A DNA stretch of 64,000 nucleotides. Origin: an uncultured Bacteroidales bacterium. GTDB lineage: Bacteria; Bacteroidota; Bacteroidia; Bacteroidales; UBA1402. Where the stretch lies: positions 40,950 through 104,949 of the forward strand of contig CAYYJF010000001.1 in assembly GCA_964472175.1 (NCBI GenBank). Direction: 5' to 3'. Position 1 is the stretch's first letter, and each line of letters opens with the position of its first letter. Positions 59,578-64,000 of this stretch are shown here, piece after piece. The notes below the pieces were generated by a model, which ran no database searches, was not told the origin of the DNA, and saw nothing but the letters and a program-made list of their open reading frames with translations. The position numbers were made by a program, and so were the translations under genes.

Positions 59578-60333
59578 TTATGATATTGAAAAATACGGTA
59601 GCAACAAATCTTCAAACTGGTAATATCCCTTTGATTTGTCGTGGAGATTGTCTGCTGCAAATATAACTCCGTTACCAAAGGCCTCTCTTGATATGGATTC
59701 ATGTACCAATCTGATGGTTTGATACGGAAAGCCGAAGATTACCTCGTGTTTTCCGACGATGCCACCAACCCGAATGGAATTGATTTTATCGTTTGTTATC
59801 CTCAGTTTATCTGCAATTTTCAATGCTGTTCCGGAGATGCCTTTTTTTTGTTTGAAATGTTCTTCGATAATTTCAATATCCACATAAGGGGCTATTTTCT
59901 TTAGTATTCGGCTAGCCGTTAAAAGAAAATTTACACCAAGGGTGATGTTTGGAGACCACATAACGGTGGTTTCATGGGAAATGCTCTTCAAGTATTTAAC
60001 CGTTTTAACATCGTAATGAGAGATGGCTGTTATAATTTTTATATGTTTTCTGGCCGCAGCATCTCCATAGGTATATATCCCAAATTCTGAGGAGAAATCA
60101 ATGATATAGTCAACAGGGTTTTCTTCAATAAACGAATCGAAATGAATGTTTTTTAGCGCATAGATCTTCCCCGGATCATCGCATTCTATGCCCATAAAAT
60201 CCTTTACAGAAATATGCTCTTGTTTCTCTGACTTCCTTAGCACCCACTCTAATGAGTAGTTTTCTTGCTGGAGAACCACGTTGGCCACAGCTTTTCCGGT
60301 TTTACCGAAACCGATCAATCCAATTTTTTTCAT
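59578..60333 (-). CDS. Second, divergent dihydrodipicolinate reductase-like protein
   Basis: GFGKTG, IIDFS, WSPNITLGVN, EEHFKQKKGISGTA, RVGGIVGKH, SREAFGNG. Confidence 0.75.
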   Translation of the reverse strand: MKKIGLIGFGKTGKAVANVVLQQENYSLEWVLRKSEKQEHISVKDFMGIECDDPGKIYALKNIHFDSFIEENPVDYIIDFSSEFGIYTYGDAAARKHIKIITAISHYDVKTVKYLKSISHETTVMWSPNITLGVNFLLTASRILKKIAPYVDIEIIEEHFKQKKGISGTALKIADKLRITNDKINSIRVGGIVGKHEVIFGFPYQTIRLVHESISREAFGNGVIFAADNLHDKSKGYYQFEDLLLPYFSIS

Positions 60334-60436
60334 CCTGCATTTTTTATGCATAAATATAACAAAAATTGGTGGTAAATAAAATTATGTAATCACAGAAGGA
60401 GGTTAAAAAGTGTAGAAAAAGGTTAATGTGCGGCGT

Positions 60437-61165
60437 TTAAATGTCTCTAATTATCAGTGAACCAGCATCTTGATCCAATAGCCATTTTCGATAACCTTTC
60501 TGTGGCTCTACGTGATCGGCAGGGTATCGGTTCCAGCGATGAGGGACTGCCATTTCAGCAATCATGCAGGATTTTGATGCTCCAGTGACCACAAAGGCAA
60601 TACCTTTAGCCCTGTTGATCAGCGAACCAGTCATTGTAATTCGTTTTTCTCCAGTGGTGGGATGTTCTGTAGAGACACACCATTTCTCACTTTCAAACAA
60701 GTGTTCATTTCCCGGGAAAATGGATGCTGTATGACCGTCATTCCCCAAGCCTAGCAAGATCAAATCCAATTGTGGAAAACCATCTTCCAAGGGAAGTTCT
60801 TTACCCAATATTTGTGCATATCTTTCTGATTCCATGATGGGATCATTTTCACCTTCTATTCGGAAAATATTTTTTTCGGGAATGGGAATATGTTCAAGCA
60901 GCGTTCTGAATGCATTCCCATAATTGCTTTCCGGATGATTTGGCCCAACACAACGTTCATCTACCCAAAACAATTTTAAACGGTCAAGTTGAACTCTGCT
61001 CCAATCTTTATGACACAATCTGTCAAAAAAAACCAAAGGAGTTGTTCCACCTGAGAGTGCAACTGAAACAGATGCTTTTTCGTTGGTTTTTTTTGTTAAC
61101 CAACGTATTCCCAAATCCGTTAAAGAGTCTATCGACTTAAAAACGTGAATTTCTGTTAGTTTCAT
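60437..61165 (-). CDS. pgl: 6-phosphogluconolactonase
   Basis: ALSGGTTP, WVDERCV, ESNY, LGLGNDGHTASIFP. Confidence 0.95.
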   Translation of the reverse strand: MKLTEIHVFKSIDSLTDLGIRWLTKKTNEKASVSVALSGGTTPLVFFDRLCHKDWSRVQLDRLKLFWVDERCVGPNHPESNYGNAFRTLLEHIPIPEKNIFRIEGENDPIMESERYAQILGKELPLEDGFPQLDLILLGLGNDGHTASIFPGNEHLFESEKWCVSTEHPTTGEKRITMTGSLINRAKGIAFVVTGASKSCMIAEMAVPHRWNRYPADHVEPQKGYRKWLLDQDAGSLIIRDI

Positions 61166-61176
61166 AACAATGGGGT

Positions 61177-62697
61177 TTAAAGTTCACAATATAAACCATC
61201 ATCTGCCAAATTTTTACAAGGGAACCTCCAGCCTTGTCCGTATTCAGAGATCATTTCTGAAGCCTGAATGGGTCCCCAGGTGCCACAAGGGTACCCATGT
61301 ATGGGTGTGCACTTATCCTGATTCCAGGATTCCTGAATGGGTTTCACAAACTTCCAGGCTGCTTCCACGGCGTCAGCCCGTGCAAAGAGTGTTGAATCTC
61401 CATTCATCGCATCCAGAAGGAGTCGTTCATAAGCAGTAGGGAGATGTTGATTGGACAATTCAGTGTAATGAAAGTCCATATTCACGGGCTTGACATGGAA
61501 TCCACTGCCTGGTTGTTTCATGCCAAATTTTAAGAGTATGCCTTCATCAGGCTGAATGCGAATGATTAATTCGTTGCAATACTGAACCGATTCTTCGTTT
61601 TGAAACAGCGAGTGGGGGGTTGGTTTGAAGTGTATTACAACCTCAGTCACCCTTGTTGGCAGACGCTTTCCTGTTCGAATGTAAAATGGAACCCCTCCCC
61701 ATCGCCAATTGTCGATGTGGAATTTCATTGCAACATAAGTTTCAGTTCTGGATCGCTTGTCAACACCTTCTTCCTGCCTATAACCAGGCAAAACCTCACC
61801 TTTGACCGTAGATTCTACATACTGGCCTCTGACCACTTGTTGATTCACTTGTGATTTTAAAATGGGTTTCAAGGATTGAAGCACTTTGAGGGTCTCATTT
61901 CTGATGGAGTCTGCATCCATGGAGGAGGGGGGCTCCATGGCAACGAAACCAACCATTTGCAACAAATGGTTTTGTACCATGTCTCTCAATGCACCTGCGC
62001 CTTCATAGTAGGAGCCGCGTCCTTCCAATCCAATGCTTTCTGCCGAAGTAATTTCAATGTGACTGATGTAATTCCGATTCCAAAGGGGCTCAAAAACACC
62101 ATTCGAAAACCTCATGACCAGTAAGTTCTGGACAGTCTCTTTGCCTAAGTAATGATCAATTCTGTAGATCTGTTCTTCTTCAAAATGCCGATGTAGTTGT
62201 TCATTGAGCTGTTGCGCAGACTCGAGATCATATCCAAACGGCTTTTCAATAACCAACCTTCTGAAGCCTTTTTCTGATTGATGGAGTCCTGCTTGCGCCA
62301 GATGATCTGCAATCGGGCCAAAAGCACTGGGCAAGAGTGATAAATAAAACAATAAATTGCCGGATGAAGCCAATCCCGGTTGATAAAGAAATTTTTTCAA
62401 TCGCTGATATTCTTCGGGATGATAGACATCCATTTGAAAATAGGTCAAATGGTCACAAAAAGCCAGAACTTTGTCGTGTTTGTAATGAACGCTTTCAGAA
62501 TATAACTGAATGCCTTCTTTCGATTTTGACCGAAAATCGGATTCTTGCAAAGCACTTCTCGCGATACCGATGATCTCAAATTCTTCAGGCATCATTCCTT
62601 GATCGAACAATGCATACAATGATGGAATTAGCTTTCTTTGAGTTAAATCTCCAGAAGCTCCAAATATCAATAATTTCAAGTTTTCAGGCTTCTTCAT
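61177..62697 (-). CDS. zwf: Glucose-6-phosphate 1-dehydrogenase
   Basis: GASGDLT, EKPFG, RIDHYLGKE, RWGGVPFYIRTGK, AYERLLLD. Confidence 0.97.
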   Translation of the reverse strand: MKKPENLKLLIFGASGDLTQRKLIPSLYALFDQGMMPEEFEIIGIARSALQESDFRSKSKEGIQLYSESVHYKHDKVLAFCDHLTYFQMDVYHPEEYQRLKKFLYQPGLASSGNLLFYLSLLPSAFGPIADHLAQAGLHQSEKGFRRLVIEKPFGYDLESAQQLNEQLHRHFEEEQIYRIDHYLGKETVQNLLVMRFSNGVFEPLWNRNYISHIEITSAESIGLEGRGSYYEGAGALRDMVQNHLLQMVGFVAMEPPSSMDADSIRNETLKVLQSLKPILKSQVNQQVVRGQYVESTVKGEVLPGYRQEEGVDKRSRTETYVAMKFHIDNWRWGGVPFYIRTGKRLPTRVTEVVIHFKPTPHSLFQNEESVQYCNELIIRIQPDEGILLKFGMKQPGSGFHVKPVNMDFHYTELSNQHLPTAYERLLLDAMNGDSTLFARADAVEAAWKFVKPIQESWNQDKCTPIHGYPCGTWGPIQASEMISEYGQGWRFPCKNLADDGLYCEL

Positions 62698-62713
62698 AAC
62701 AACGCAGTTTACA

Positions 62714-62721
62714 CAAAGATA
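62714..62721 (-). promoter_or_regulatory. -7 promoter element (TATCTTTG) of zwf-pgl
   Basis: Exact TAnnTTTG 16 nt upstream of ATG. Confidence 0.65.
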
Positions 62722-62797
62722 GAATCCTTTTGCTCAAAAGTCAAATCACATTCAGGAAAAGAGTTACAATAAAAAAAGAGAGTTCAAAGTAAAAAGA

Positions 62798-62830
62798 AAA
62801 GAGTCTCAAAGTATTCACTTTGAGACTCTT
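62798..62830 (-). terminator. Intrinsic terminator after pckA
   Basis: AAGAGTCTCAAAGT-ATTC-ACTTTGAGACTCTT 14-bp stem with U-rich tail on - strand. Confidence 0.85.
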
Positions 62831-62856
62831 TAAAAGGTATATACAGTTCTGCAAAA

Positions 62857-64000
62857 TTACAATTGCGGACCTGAAGGAATCAAAGCTTTAGCTGCATCGT
62901 TGTCGCAGTATTGCTTGAAGTTTTCAATGTACATTCCGGCCAATTTTTTGGCTTTTGCTTCCCATTCAGCAACATCACTGTAGGTGCTGCGTGGATCCAG
63001 GATGTCAGAAACACCTTCCAGTTTCACAGGAACGGTGAGGTTCATTACTGGAATAACCTTTGTTTCAGCTTTTTCAATGCTGCCATCGATGATGGCGTCG
63101 ATGATGGCGCGGGTATCCTTCAGGGACATACGCTTGCCGGTTCCGTTCCAACCTGTGTTTACCAAGTAAGCTTTGGCACCGTTTTCGTTCATCTTTTTAA
63201 CCAAAGTGCTGGCATAAGCAGTCGGGTGAAGGGTCAGGAACGCTTCGCCGAAGGCAGGAGAGAAGGAAGGAACGGGTTCAGTGATACCACGTTCGGTTCC
63301 GGCCAATTTGGAGGTGAATCCGCAAAGGAAGTGGTATTGAGCCTGATTGTTGTCCAAGATGGAAACCGGAGGCAATACACCAAAAGCATCAGCAGACAAG
63401 TAGATGATCTTATTAGCGTGACCTGCACGTGAAGGAGAAACAATCTTGTTAATGTGGTAAATTGGGTAAGAAACGCGTGTATTTTCTGTGACGGATTGGT
63501 CAGAAAAATCGGTGTCGCCTTCGTCGTTGACAGTTACGTTTTCTAACAAAGCATCGCGACGGATGGCGCGCCAAATGTCTGGTTCGTTTTCCTGGCTCAG
63601 GTTGACAACCTTGGCATAGCAACCACCTTCGTAGTTGAAAACGCCATGATCGTCCCAACCATGTTCGTCGTCACCAATCAAGTAACGTTTTGGGTCTGCA
63701 GAAAGTGTGGTTTTACCGGTACCGGACAAACCGAAGAATACGGCAACATCACCGTCTTTACCAACGTTTGCAGAGCAGTGCATAGATGCAATGCCGCGTT
63801 GTGGCAAGTAGTAGTTCATCAAAGAGAAGATGCCTTTTTTCATTTCACCGCCGTACCAGGTACCACCAATGACCTGCATTTTCTTGGTCAAATCGAACAA
63901 AGTGAAGTTTTCAGAGTTCAATCCTTGTTCTTTCCAGTTGGGGTTGATTGTTTTTGAACCATTCAAGGTCACGAAATCGGGTTCACCGTAGTTGGCCAGT
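62857..64000 (-). CDS. pckA: Phosphoenolpyruvate carboxykinase (ATP), 5' end outside window
   Basis: [49 protein letters not shown]. Confidence 0.96.
   Translation of the reverse strand, partial: LANYGEPDFVTLNGSKTINPNWKEQGLNSENFTLFDLTKKMQVIGGTWYGGEMKKGIFSLMNYYLPQRGIASMHCSANVGKDGDVAVFFGLSGTGKTTLSADPKRYLIGDDEHGWDDHGVFNYEGGCYAKVVNLSQENEPDIWRAIRRDALLENVTVNDEGDTDFSDQSVTENTRVSYPIYHINKIVSPSRAGHANKIIYLSADAFGVLPPVSILDNNQAQYHFLCGFTSKLAGTERGITEPVPSFSPAFGEAFLTLHPTAYASTLVKKMNENGAKAYLVNTGWNGTGKRMSLKDTRAIIDAIIDGSIEKAETKVIPVMNLTVPVKLEGVSDILDPRSTYSDVAEWEAKAKKLAGMYIENFKQYCDNDAAKALIPSGPQL

Noticed and set aside
1-64000. CRISPR arrays, tRNA/rRNA genes, IS elements, integrases, riboswitches
   Set aside because: No regularly spaced repeats, cloverleaf motifs, transposase/integrase ORFs or recognisable aptamers; intergenic spaces are short and explained by promoters, terminators or the origin

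Overview
Core-chromosome window of an AT-rich, compact Bacteroidales-type genome. Evidence for that assignment: TAnnTTTG -7 promoters, a PorZ-like T9SS protein, and conserved Bacteroidetes gene clusters. It holds about 59 intact housekeeping CDSs covering LPS core, fatty acid, tRNA modification, DNA repair and central metabolism. I found no tRNA/rRNA gene, CRISPR array, prophage, transposase or clear pseudogene. The strongest non-genic signal is a candidate replication origin at 39610-39991, between mutS and a SpoU methyltransferase. It contains about 10 clustered TT(A/T)TCAACA-like variant DnaA boxes, a central 14-bp palindrome, a box-box-trio-like AT-rich unwinding segment, and a switch in strand compositional bias. 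A perfect parS palindrome lies 11 kb away, just after mnmG. Other leads are two apparently catalytically dead enzyme homologues (a truncated GH3-family protein and a signal peptidase I paralogue lacking its Lys), a membrane LytTR sensor divergent from a hydrolase with a direct-repeat site between them, a relocated and possibly foreign uppP, and a second, divergent DapB. I did not find a clearly novel multi-gene system such as a defence island. Family and DUF assignments are from motif recognition without database searches.
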